64,000 nucleotides of DNA from Terracidiphilus sp. Lineage in GTDB: Bacteria > Acidobacteriota > Terriglobia > Terriglobales > Acidobacteriaceae. A program made the position numbers and the translations under genes. Numbering within the stretch: position 1 is the first letter of the stretch; the number at the start of each line of letters is the position of its first letter. Below, one piece after another: positions 37,518 to 46,383 of the stretch. Below the pieces are notes generated by a model, which worked only from the letters and a program-made list of their open reading frames with translations, ran no database searches and had not been told where the DNA came from. Location: the NCBI GenBank assembly GCA_049522975.1, contig JBEKNI010000012.1, positions 29,920 through 93,919 on the forward strand. Reading direction: 5' to 3'.

Positions 37518-38172
37518 GGGAAGCTGTGCCCCGTTCATCGCAGCCCGATCGCGATGAGCGGGCGGATGGACCAGCTCCGACCGATTAGATTGCGTGCCCC
37601 ATCTCCGTATTCTCGGACATGGGAGACCATGAATTTCAAACCGTCAGCGGGTATCCGGATTTCTTCGTCCCCCTTGCACATAATTTCTCTCCCCGCGCCG
37701 ACAATAGGACCAGTTGCAAATCCGAGGCCCTGATGACCACCGTCCAATCTCCAACGTCTGCAATCCTGGTCCATAGTCCCTCTGTCCCTAGTCCCATTTT
37801 TCCGCCCCTTTTCCCTTTTTCTTCTCCCAAAAATTCGGGTACCCCACCCCCCAACCCTGTGGAAATCTTTTTTTGACCCGTCTATGTCTCATAACTTGCA
37901 CGAAATAAAACAGCTTAGTTTTTAGCGATGTTGACGAATCAGTAACCTCAAACCCCTGATTTTGGCTACTTTTCGACCCAAAAAGGCCTCGTATTCGCTA
38001 AAAATAGCCCTTTTTTCGCCAATTCCGTGGCCTGTCTCTGGCTCTTCAGGTATGGAAGGCCACGTGTCCTGATCCGCCTTGAAGACGATCCGGCGACTGA
38101 CCTGCTTCCCCGCGCTCCGCCCATTGCACCCTTCGTCTCCGGCGTATCATCAAAGAGGAATGGGAGAAGGCC

Positions 38173-38382
38173 TTGGCCGAATTCAAACTGCGCATTGATG
38201 AAATGCACTGCGGCTCCTGCATCGGCCGCGTCACGCAGGCGCTTGCCTCGGTCGAGGGAGTTGTAGTCAACGAAGTCCGCATAGGCGAAGCGCGGCTCAA
38301 TTCCAACCTCGATCCAGCGCCCATCGATCCAGCCATCGCCGCTCTGGCCGAGGCTGGCTTCTCGGCGCGCCTGGAAGCCTAA
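38173..38382 (+). CDS. copZ: Heavy-metal-associated chaperone (CopZ-like)
   Basis: IDEMHCGSC metal-binding motif, 69 aa, upstream of a P1B ATPase. Confidence 0.85.
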   Translation: MAEFKLRIDEMHCGSCIGRVTQALASVEGVVVNEVRIGEARLNSNLDPAPIDPAIAALAEAGFSARLEA

Positions 38383-38510
38383 GGAAGTTCTGATTAAGTC
38401 GGCTTTGTATCAGGGCACGACTTTAGTCGTGCCGCAAAGGCCGCAAAATCAACGCGGGCTTTAGCCCCTGAGGGAACGCTCAACGTGTAGTGAAGTTAAT
38501 CAGAGGTTTC
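38383..38510. mobile_element. 128-bp MITE with IS5-like ends and CTAA target duplication
   Basis: 15-bp TIR matching 12/15 (GGAAGTTCTGATTAA / TTAATCAGAGGTTTC); CTAA at 38379-38382 and 38511-38514. Confidence 0.75.
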
Positions 38511-38522
38511 CTAAGCCAACCG

Positions 38523-40781
38523 ATGCCCTCGTCTTCAACAGAATCGCTGTCTCTGCCCGTTCTTGGCATGAGTTGCGCCTCTTGCCAGCATCACGTGGAA
38601 GCGGCCCTGCGCGCGACGGCCGGAGTCGAATCCGCGCGCGTCGATCTGATGGCCCATCGCGCCAGTGTGGTCTTCGATCCGGCAATCGCCAAGCCAGTGC
38701 AACTCGTCGAAGCCATTCGCTCAGCCGGTTATGACGCCGTGCTTCCGCGCACCGATGCTTCTTCCGGCAAAGCAACCTCCGATGCGCTTGCAGCCGGAGC
38801 CGAGCGCAAGGCTTATTCCACGCTCATCGCCGGCGCAGCGGCGATGCTGCTGTCCATGCCTCTGGGGGCTGAGATGGGCACGCTCGACCACGCTCTGATG
38901 CGCGTCTTCCCTTGGTTCTACGCGCTGTCGCCGGTGCTGCTGCGCTGGTCTCTGCTGATTCTGACTGCGGGGATGATGGCCTGGGCTGGCCGCGGCATCT
39001 ACCTGAGCGCGGCGCGCGGCCTGCGCCACGGCACTACGAATATGAACACGCTGGTCAGCCTGGGAACCGGCACGGCGTTTCTTTACTCCGCTTATGCCAC
39101 CATCTGGCCCGCGGCTGGACGACAGGTCTATTTCGACGCGATCCTGCTGATTCTCGGATTTCTTCTCTTGGGCAAGAGCCTGGAAGGCCGTGCCAAACGC
39201 CGCGCCCTGGCCGCGCTCGACTCGCTCTCACGCCTGAAGCCGGCCACCGCGCGCCGCATTCGCGACGGCATCGAAACCGTCGTCCCGCTCGAAGAGATTG
39301 AGCCGGGCGAGAGTGTGCTGGTCTTGCCGGGAGAACGCTTCCCCGTGGACGCAACGATTCTCTCTGGCCGCACCACCGTGGACGAATCGATGCTCACCGG
39401 CGAGGCGACGCCGCTCGACCGCCAGCCAGGAGGGCGCGTCCTGGCCGGCTCGCTCAACTACGAAGGCGCGGTGGTTTGCCGGGCCGAGTCGCTGGGTGAG
39501 GCCACGGTGCTGGCGCAGATCACTCGCATGGTCTCGCAGGCGCAGGGCTCGCGCGCGCCCATGGAACGATTGGCCGACCGCGCCAGCGCGATCTTCGTGC
39601 CCGTCGTACTGGCGCTGGCCGCGCTCACCTTTATCGTCTGGCTCGCCGCCGCGCACTCGCTCGATATGGCCCTGGCCTCGACCGTCGCCGTACTGGTCAT
39701 CGCCTGCCCGTGCGCCATGGGCCTGGCCGTTCCCGCCGCGCTCACCGTGGCCGTGGGGCGCGGCGCGCAGATGGGCGTCCTCTTCAAGGGCGGCGAGGCG
39801 CTGGAGCGGCTGGCTCGGCTCGCCCCGTTGGACGCAATCGTACTCGACAAGACCGGAACGCTCACTGTGGGAAGGCCAGTTCTGGAGGCCGTGCATCCAC
39901 TCGGGGACTCGACTGAAGGAGATTTGTTACGCATTGCCGCCGCCGCCGAGGAGCGGTCGAACCATCCACTGGCCCACGCAATTATCGATGCAGCCCGTGC
40001 TCACGGACTCGTCTGGCAACCCGCCGATGACGTGCAGGTTCTCCCCGGCCGCGGCCTGACCGCCAAGGTCGAGGGCCACGAATGCCTGCTAGGCAATGAA
40101 TCGCTCTTCAAGGAGTTCTCGATCCCGCTGCCGGAAGGGATTGCGCCGCCGGAGTCCGGCGTGACGCGCCTGTGGATGGCTCTGGACAGCGTGCCCGCAG
40201 GCTACTTCGACGCCCGCGACGCGCTGCGCCCGGATGCCGCCCAAGCCGTGGCCGCACTGCGGAGCGCCGGTCTCCGCGTGCTGATGCTGACCGGCGACTC
40301 GGCCGCGGCAGCGGCACCTATTGCGCAACAGGCTGGCATTGCCGAAGTTGAAGCCGGACTCGACCCGGTCGCCAAGCTGGCCCGCATTCGCGCCCTGCAA
40401 CAGAGCAGCTTGCGCGTGGCCATGGTGGGCGACGGCATCAACGACGCAGCCGCCCTGGCCCAGGCTGACGCGGGCATCGCCATGGGAACCGGCGCCGATC
40501 TGGCTCAGGAGGCCGGCGATGTGCTGCTGCTGCGTGCGCGGCCTTCCGCCATTCCCGCCGCGCTCGGCCTAGCCCGCTCCACTCTCCGCGTGATGCGCCA
40601 GAACCTCGCCTGGGCCGCGGGCTACAACCTGCTCGGCATTCCCCTGGCCGCGGGCGCGCTCTATCCCAGCTTTCACATTTTGCTAAGCCCCTGGCTGGCC
40701 GCCGCCGCCATGGCGCTCAGTTCGGTCAGCGTACTGGCCAACAGCCTGCGGCTGCGAGGCTGGAAGCCGGCCAATGGATAA
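38523..40781 (+). CDS. copA: Cu(I)-type heavy-metal P1B ATPase
   Basis: MSCASC, CPC, DKTGT, TGDS, GDGIND, YN and MALSS motifs; start moved out of the MITE. Confidence 0.93.
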   Translation: MPSSSTESLSLPVLGMSCASCQHHVEAALRATAGVESARVDLMAHRASVVFDPAIAKPVQLVEAIRSAGYDAVLPRTDASSGKATSDALAAGAERKAYSTLIAGAAAMLLSMPLGAEMGTLDHALMRVFPWFYALSPVLLRWSLLILTAGMMAWAGRGIYLSAARGLRHGTTNMNTLVSLGTGTAFLYSAYATIWPAAGRQVYFDAILLILGFLLLGKSLEGRAKRRALAALDSLSRLKPATARRIRDGIETVVPLEEIEPGESVLVLPGERFPVDATILSGRTTVDESMLTGEATPLDRQPGGRVLAGSLNYEGAVVCRAESLGEATVLAQITRMVSQAQGSRAPMERLADRASAIFVPVVLALAALTFIVWLAAAHSLDMALASTVAVLVIACPCAMGLAVPAALTVAVGRGAQMGVLFKGGEALERLARLAPLDAIVLDKTGTLTVGRPVLEAVHPLGDSTEGDLLRIAAAAEERSNHPLAHAIIDAARAHGLVWQPADDVQVLPGRGLTAKVEGHECLLGNESLFKEFSIPLPEGIAPPESGVTRLWMALDSVPAGYFDARDALRPDAAQAVAALRSAGLRVLMLTGDSAAAAAPIAQQAGIAEVEAGLDPVAKLARIRALQQSSLRVAMVGDGINDAAALAQADAGIAMGTGADLAQEAGDVLLLRARPSAIPAALGLARSTLRVMRQNLAWAAGYNLLGIPLAAGALYPSFHILLSPWLAAAAMALSSVSVLANSLRLRGWKPANG

Positions 40782-42738
40782 TGGTGCAGTTTCCGAATAA
40801 ACGAGGAGCCGACCCGGGCTTCTCAAATCATGTCGATCATAAACGCCTCCCGGTTCGGATTCCGGTGTCAAACCATCCTTGGCTCCCTGCTCATGTGTTA
40901 ATAAGGTCTAACAATTGGGTTTTGCGGTGTCTAATGAATTAGGGCTTCCAAGAGAGATTTCGTATCGCAGGAGGTTTCTCCATGCACCGCTGCTTTGTAG
41001 TTGCGATCTTCTTCCTGCTTACCCTCCACGCTGGAGCGATTCCAGTGCCGCGCGGTCTGGACACCTGTCCCACGCTACAGGCCTGTCTGGGTCTGTTGGA
41101 CAAGGTTGTGCCATTGCAAGATGACGGAGAAGGCAGCAACAGCGAGGTACTCGCACGGGACCTGCAGCGCTTTGGAGAACCGGCAAAGCAGGAGCTGTTA
41201 AGACGAGCGGTCGGAACTCATGCCGGCTGGCGCAATGTCGCCGGTGCGATCCTGGCAGACTGGGACACATAGACTGCTGAGGACGTTCCGGCACTCCGCG
41301 AAGCCTTACACAAGGAACCGGGCGGCTGGGTCGCACGGCCCCTTTGGCAAATTGGCACACCGGACGCGATCCGCATTCTTGCTGAGGATCTGTCCGCAGA
41401 AGATGAAATGGGGAACCAGACGGAGTTTGCCCTTATAAAGCTTGGTGCCAAGGCCGTTCCATTTCTGATGCCACTTCTTGAAGACGACAAGAAATCAATG
41501 CTGGCGGCCCAGGTTATCTCCGAAATGAATCCTCTCCCGCTTGCTTATCTTGACCCCTGGATAGCCAAAGCACTGGATACGCGGAAGCCTGCCAGAGAGC
41601 GTTTGGCAGCGCTGCGCGGTATTGCTGCCCTGGGCCCGGCCGCAGAGAGGCCAAGCGAAGCGCTTCACGTGTTGCTTTCAGACAGTGACCCGAAAGTTCG
41701 AGAGCAAGTGTCTGAGACGCTCAAGGCCGTGCGAGATCCAATTGTGGTTGAGCGATTGGCAAAGGCCTGCCAACCCCAGGCCCCCCAGTTTGATTCTGTT
41801 GCGTTGAATTCTGCCTTGTGTCTGCGCGAGATTGCTGAATTCGGTCCGGCGGGCCGTGCGGCAGGCGAATCGCTCACGCCGTTTCTGCTCTCGGCAAATG
41901 GAGCGGAGCGAGCCTACGGCATTCTAACTCTTGGCTTCATTGACTATGCTCCAGCAACACCTCAAATCGAACAGGCGCTGGATGCGGAGGACTGGCGAGT
42001 TGTTTATGCAGCAATTCGAGCTGTCGGGTGGCTTGGAGACACAAATGCGACGACTGAACTGGACAACCTGGCATCAAGTTTCTGGCTAGCAGAACTGAAG
42101 AAAGACGCGGCTCAGGTGGCAGTGGCACTGCGCTCTTCGCGGGGAAGGGTGGAACGAGGTTCCTGGGAAGTCTTGAATCAGGGAGAGAGGCAGGATCCCG
42201 CTTGGGTGATAACCGAGGGAGTTCGTGGTCAAAGATCTTCGTGTCCGAGCAATCGATGGCAGTGGCAGAACGAAACGTTCACGATTCACTCGGGCAAGGA
42301 CGAGACAGCACACAGTTTGAGATTCCGGAATGGCAACCTCTGGGGCGAGTTGGTGGGAACCGACCACGGTGAGTGGGGCGGCACCCTCACCTGGATTCCT
42401 GCACGGGGTCAACCCGAAGTCTTGGATCGAGACAATGTCCGCGGAATGGACTATGACAACGATGGCGCAATTGTACTGTTCGGTTTGGCGCACATGGGCT
42501 TCAACTTCGGCTATGCACTCAAAGTGAGCCGGAATGCCGATGGAACTTGGACTCAGACTGAAGTTGCACGCTTGCCCGGGGAGCCAGAGTGGTGGACGAG
42601 GCTCAATTTGGATCGTGTAGCGGTACTGGCGGGGAACAAGGTGGTGGTCTTCTCTCCGAGAGAGGGAATTCTCGGGGTAGCATCTTGCGCGTCCAAATAA
42701 TCCAATGAGTGGCATCGGCTATACGGAAACTGCCCCGC
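40781..42738. mobile_element. Inverted-repeat-bounded single-gene cassette 1
   Basis: GGTGCAGTTTCCGAA at 40783-40797 and TACGGAAACTGCCCC at 42722-42736; TA at equal offset outside both ends. Confidence 0.6.
40982..42700 (+). pseudogene. Exported HEAT-repeat protein interrupted by an in-frame TAG at 41270-41272
   Basis: ORFs 40982..41272 and 41408..42700 share a frame; reading through gives DWDT*TAEDVPALREAL with no other stop. Confidence 0.85.
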
Positions 42739-42786
42739 TATTCGCCAATGCACCGAACGCCCCAGCGCGATAAACTAGCTTTAATC

Positions 42787-45141
42787 GTGCGCATCCTAAC
42801 CCGCTACATTCTCGGCGAAATCCTCTCCCACGCGCTCATCGGATGCGTGATCTTCACCTTCATCCTCTTCATGAAGGAACTGCCCCGCATTCTGGAGATG
42901 GTGGTTCACAACGCCTCCACTTTCATCAGCGTGGTCCAGGTGGTGCTCTACACTCTGCCCAACTTCTTCATGGTCACGATTCCCATGGCGGTGCTGGTGG
43001 GCGTGCTGTTGGGCTTGAGCCGCCTGGCCGCCGACAGTGAGATCATCGCCATGCGCGCCTCCGGCTTGGGCATCGGCTACTTTGTGCGCGTGGCCTCCGT
43101 GGTGGCCGTAGGCGGCACGCTGCTGGGGCTGGCCAACTCCCTTTATCTGGCTCCGCGCGCCAATCAGGGCATTCTGGAGATGGAGAAGGCCCTGGCCATG
43201 CAGGCCTCCTACGAGATCGAGCCGCGTGTCTTCGATGAGGATTTTCACAACGCCGTTCTCTATGTGCAGGATGTGCGCTCAGGAACCGGCGCGGCCAACT
43301 GGCGTCAGGTGTTCATGGCCGACACCACGGATCCCGCCAATCCGCAGATCATCACCGCCGCCTCGGCTATTGTGGCCAACGACTCCACCAATGATCCCAG
43401 CCCGCAGTTGCTCATGCGGCTGCGCGACGGATCTCGACAGGAGACGGTAGCCGGCCAGCCGCAGCAGTACAACATCTCCACTTTCAACTTCACCGATATG
43501 CCTTTGGCCGCCGGCCAGCAGAGCGAGGAACACCTCGGCCGCCTGGACACGGACATCTACGCCATGCCCATGAGCGAATTGCGGGAACGCAGCCGTTCGC
43601 CCGGCGGCAAGCGGTTCCTGATCGAGATTCACAAGCGCTTCTCCTACCCCGCGGCCTGCCTGGTGCTGATGCTGGTCGCAGTTCCCCTGGGCGTAACCTC
43701 GCGGCGCGGCGGCAAGAGCTTCGCCTGGATCTTCACCATTCTGCTGGTCTTCATCTATTACCTGCTCTCCTCGACCGGCATCGCCCTGGGCAAGCAGAAC
43801 TGGATTTCAGCATTCTTTGCAGTCTGGTCGGCCAACCTGATCTTCGCCACTGGCGGTTTCTTCCTGCTCTGGCAGATGGCCTCGGGCGGCCGCGTTCTGA
43901 GTGCGATCGCCGCCTGGACCTCGCGCTTCCAGAGGCCCAAATCCGCCGTCCCGGCTAAACCCCTCGCCGCCCCGCTCGGCAGCCTCCTAAGCAGGTTTCA
44001 ACCGCGCTCCCAGCGCGCCAAGGCCCGCAATGTCTTCCCGCGCATCCTCGATGAATACGTGGTCCGCGAGTTTCTCGGCATCTTCGTGCTGGTGCTGGCC
44101 GGCTTTGTCATGCTCATGCTGGTCTTCACCTTCTTCGAAGATATAAAGGATATCCTGCAACGCAACATTCCGCTCTCCACAGTAGGCGAGTATCTGATCA
44201 ATCTCACCCCGGATATGCTCTACCAGATCACGCCCCTGGCCGTGCTGATCGCCGTGCTGGTCACCTTCGGCGTGCTCAACCGCAACTCGGAGATCATCGC
44301 CATGAAGGCCACGGGCATCAGCCTTTACCGGCTCGTCGTGCCCATTGTCTCCATCTCCGCCGTTCTGGCCGTCGCCCTCTTCCTCTTCGACCAGTTCTAT
44401 CTGCCCCAGGCCAACCGCAGGCAGGAGGCTCTGCATAACATCATCAAAGGACGCCCGCCGCAAACCGTCCTGCACCCCGAGCAGAACTGGATCTTCGGCC
44501 AGCCCCATCACGGCGAGCCCGGCCGCATCTTCTATTACCAGTTCTTCGATCCCAAGCGCGACGAATTCGCCAATCTCTCCATCTTTGAATTCGACCCCTC
44601 CACCTTTGCGCTCTCGCGCCGCATCTTCGCCGCCCGCGCGGTCTGGGATGCCGGAACCGGCGCGTGGAGCTTCCTAAACGGCTGGCAGCGCGACATCTCA
44701 GGCGCTAACGTCACCGAGTATCGTCCTTTCCTGAAGACCTCCTTCGCGGAGATTCACGAAGACCCCGGCTACTTCAAGAAGGAAAGCCTGCAAGCCCAGG
44801 AGATGAACTTTGGCCAGTTGGACCGCTACATCAGCGACCTGCGCCAGAGCGGCTTTGACACCATGCGCCTGCGCGTCGAGCTGTGGCACAAGCTCGCCTA
44901 TCCGCTCATGGCGGTTGTTATTGCGGTGCTGGCCATTCCATTTGCGCTCTCCATGGGCCGCCGAAGTTCGCTCACCGGCATCGCCGTGGCCATCGCCGTC
45001 ACTCTCGCCTACATCGTCTTCAGCGACCTCTTCGAGGGGCTGGGCACCGTGAACTACCTGCCCGCCGCCATGGCCGCCTGGGCCTCCGATCTCCTCTTCG
45101 GGCTGGTCGGCGGCTATCTCCTGCTGAAAACGCCGACGTAA
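42787..45141 (+). CDS. lptFG: Fused LptF-LptG LPS export permease
   Basis: Two tandem YjgP/YjgQ units (RILTRYILGE..DSEIIAMRASG; RILDEYVVRE..NSEIIAMKATG); GTG start. Confidence 0.92.
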   Translation: MRILTRYILGEILSHALIGCVIFTFILFMKELPRILEMVVHNASTFISVVQVVLYTLPNFFMVTIPMAVLVGVLLGLSRLAADSEIIAMRASGLGIGYFVRVASVVAVGGTLLGLANSLYLAPRANQGILEMEKALAMQASYEIEPRVFDEDFHNAVLYVQDVRSGTGAANWRQVFMADTTDPANPQIITAASAIVANDSTNDPSPQLLMRLRDGSRQETVAGQPQQYNISTFNFTDMPLAAGQQSEEHLGRLDTDIYAMPMSELRERSRSPGGKRFLIEIHKRFSYPAACLVLMLVAVPLGVTSRRGGKSFAWIFTILLVFIYYLLSSTGIALGKQNWISAFFAVWSANLIFATGGFFLLWQMASGGRVLSAIAAWTSRFQRPKSAVPAKPLAAPLGSLLSRFQPRSQRAKARNVFPRILDEYVVREFLGIFVLVLAGFVMLMLVFTFFEDIKDILQRNIPLSTVGEYLINLTPDMLYQITPLAVLIAVLVTFGVLNRNSEIIAMKATGISLYRLVVPIVSISAVLAVALFLFDQFYLPQANRRQEALHNIIKGRPPQTVLHPEQNWIFGQPHHGEPGRIFYYQFFDPKRDEFANLSIFEFDPSTFALSRRIFAARAVWDAGTGAWSFLNGWQRDISGANVTEYRPFLKTSFAEIHEDPGYFKKESLQAQEMNFGQLDRYISDLRQSGFDTMRLRVELWHKLAYPLMAVVIAVLAIPFALSMGRRSSLTGIAVAIAVTLAYIVFSDLFEGLGTVNYLPAAMAAWASDLLFGLVGGYLLLKTPT

Positions 45142-45145
45142 CGGC

Positions 45146-45588
45146 AAGGTGCAGTTTCCGAAGCGGCGGCGATCCGCACATGATCTCCATCCAACTTGAA
45201 AGGAGTTTCCATCTAACTGCGGCTGGGCTATAATCATCTGCGATATGATCGCGATGGTTGGAAAGATTGATCGGACCGTCGGTGACACCCTAGGTGCCGC
45301 CATTTTCTACTTCTTGCTCTTTTGGCGTACCTTCAAAAGTAATCCCGGAAACAGAGTGGTGGAGTGCGGAGTCATCACGCTCACGGTATTTTTCGCAATG
45401 CTTATGTTTGTTAAACCCGGCGATATTCCGGATTGGCTGTTCTTGCTCTGGTTGATATTAGTCGTTCTGCTTTGTTTCTCAACCTTATTTTTTGTTGCGC
45501 AACGTGCTTATAACGCATTCCGACACCGTAAAGACACATGATCTGCGCCATCCTGGGCGGATGACCGGATAACCGGAAACTGTACCAG
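45146..45588. mobile_element. Inverted-repeat-bounded single-gene cassette 2
   Basis: GGTGCAGTTTCCGAA at 45148-45162 (identical to the cassette 1 left end) and ACCGGAAACTGTACC at 45572-45586; TA only at the right. Confidence 0.55.
45245..45541 (+). CDS. Hypothetical membrane protein (cassette cargo)
   Basis: 98 aa, three hydrophobic segments, low GC. Confidence 0.65.
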   Translation: MIAMVGKIDRTVGDTLGAAIFYFLLFWRTFKSNPGNRVVECGVITLTVFFAMLMFVKPGDIPDWLFLLWLILVVLLCFSTLFFVAQRAYNAFRHRKDT

Positions 45589-45641
45589 TATCTCGTAAGA
45601 CCGTCATTTGGCGAACGACTCAAAATCTGATAATCGCTTCT

Positions 45642-45876
45642 ATGACAACCAGGGCCATCACCGTCACCGGTGCCGCGCGCAACTTCGCTGATCGCGTCAA
45701 TCGCGCCTCCTACCAGTGGCATGACCTTCGTGCTGCACACGAACGGCGTGCCTGTGGCCAGGATTGTGCCTGAAGAGCAAAAACCGCGCACTGCCCGGAT
45801 CGCCATTCGCATATGCCACTCGGCTGCCGCATCCTACGGTTCGCCTTCGCCCGTTCCCGCCAGATCCGAACCGTGA
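45642..45876 (+). pseudogene. Frameshifted Phd/YefM-family antitoxin
   Basis: MTTRAITVTGAARNFADRVNRASYQ, one extra T at 45717, then GMTFVLHTNGVPVARIVP; no toxin downstream. Confidence 0.8.
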
Positions 45877-45877
45877 T

Positions 45878-46283
45878 TCACCGTAATGATGGCCGTGCCA
45901 AGCTGATCGGCAAACAACCCACAGTGCACACACAATCATTGCTCGGCGGGTAACTGGCCACCCAAGGCGAATTTGAGTTTCCCCACTTGATTGCATGGTT
46001 CGTGGCCCAATGATACAGTTCCGCACGCCCATCTACCCCGCCGGGATACCGGATTGGCGTGATGCCCACGACGCGCAGCGATGAAAACACTCGCTGATTC
46101 ATTCAGTTCGCATCCGTAATCTCCGCATCCGAGCCGACGTGCTCCTGGTCAGCAGATTCACGTCTTGGTCTCGTCCGCGGCGACGCTGACCTTGACCTGG
46201 GCAAGCCCCGAATAACCGCGCAAAAAGAGCGCCGCACCGGCAAAAAAATCATAACGGCAACTCACAGGATGAAAGTTCTTCAT
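45878..46283 (-). pseudogene. Probable relic of the N-terminus of an exported TIM-barrel glycoside hydrolase
   Basis: Signal-like 41-aa ORF 46158..46283, then a broken frame reading GITPIRYPGG..AELYHW, resembling the RYPGG..D.YHW motif of clan GH-A enzymes. Confidence 0.45.
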
Positions 46284-46331
46284 TCGCGTTTCCCGGATTC
46301 TCTCTCCAGGCGAATCGCCCGCTTTCCCGAC

Positions 46332-46371
46332 GCGGAATGGCGGACGGGAGCCTTCCCGTCCGCCATTCCGC
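46332..46371 (-). terminator. 18-bp perfect hairpin 12 nt after the stop of the NHL/Ig gene
   Basis: GCGGAATGGCGGACGGGA-gcct-TCCCGTCCGCCATTCCGC; no U-tract, so it may instead be a stabiliser. Confidence 0.55.
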
Positions 46372-46383
46372 AGCTTCAGCTTC

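Noticed and set aside
37836-37852. GTACCCCACCCCCC as a CsoR-type copper operator
   Set aside because: Only a half-site with no opposing G-tract/GTA arm, over 300 nt from copZ, and no csoR in the window
41270-41272. Pyrrolysine or selenocysteine recoding of the internal stop
   Set aside because: The codon is TAG, so not Sec; no pyl genes are in the window; TGG to TAG is simpler
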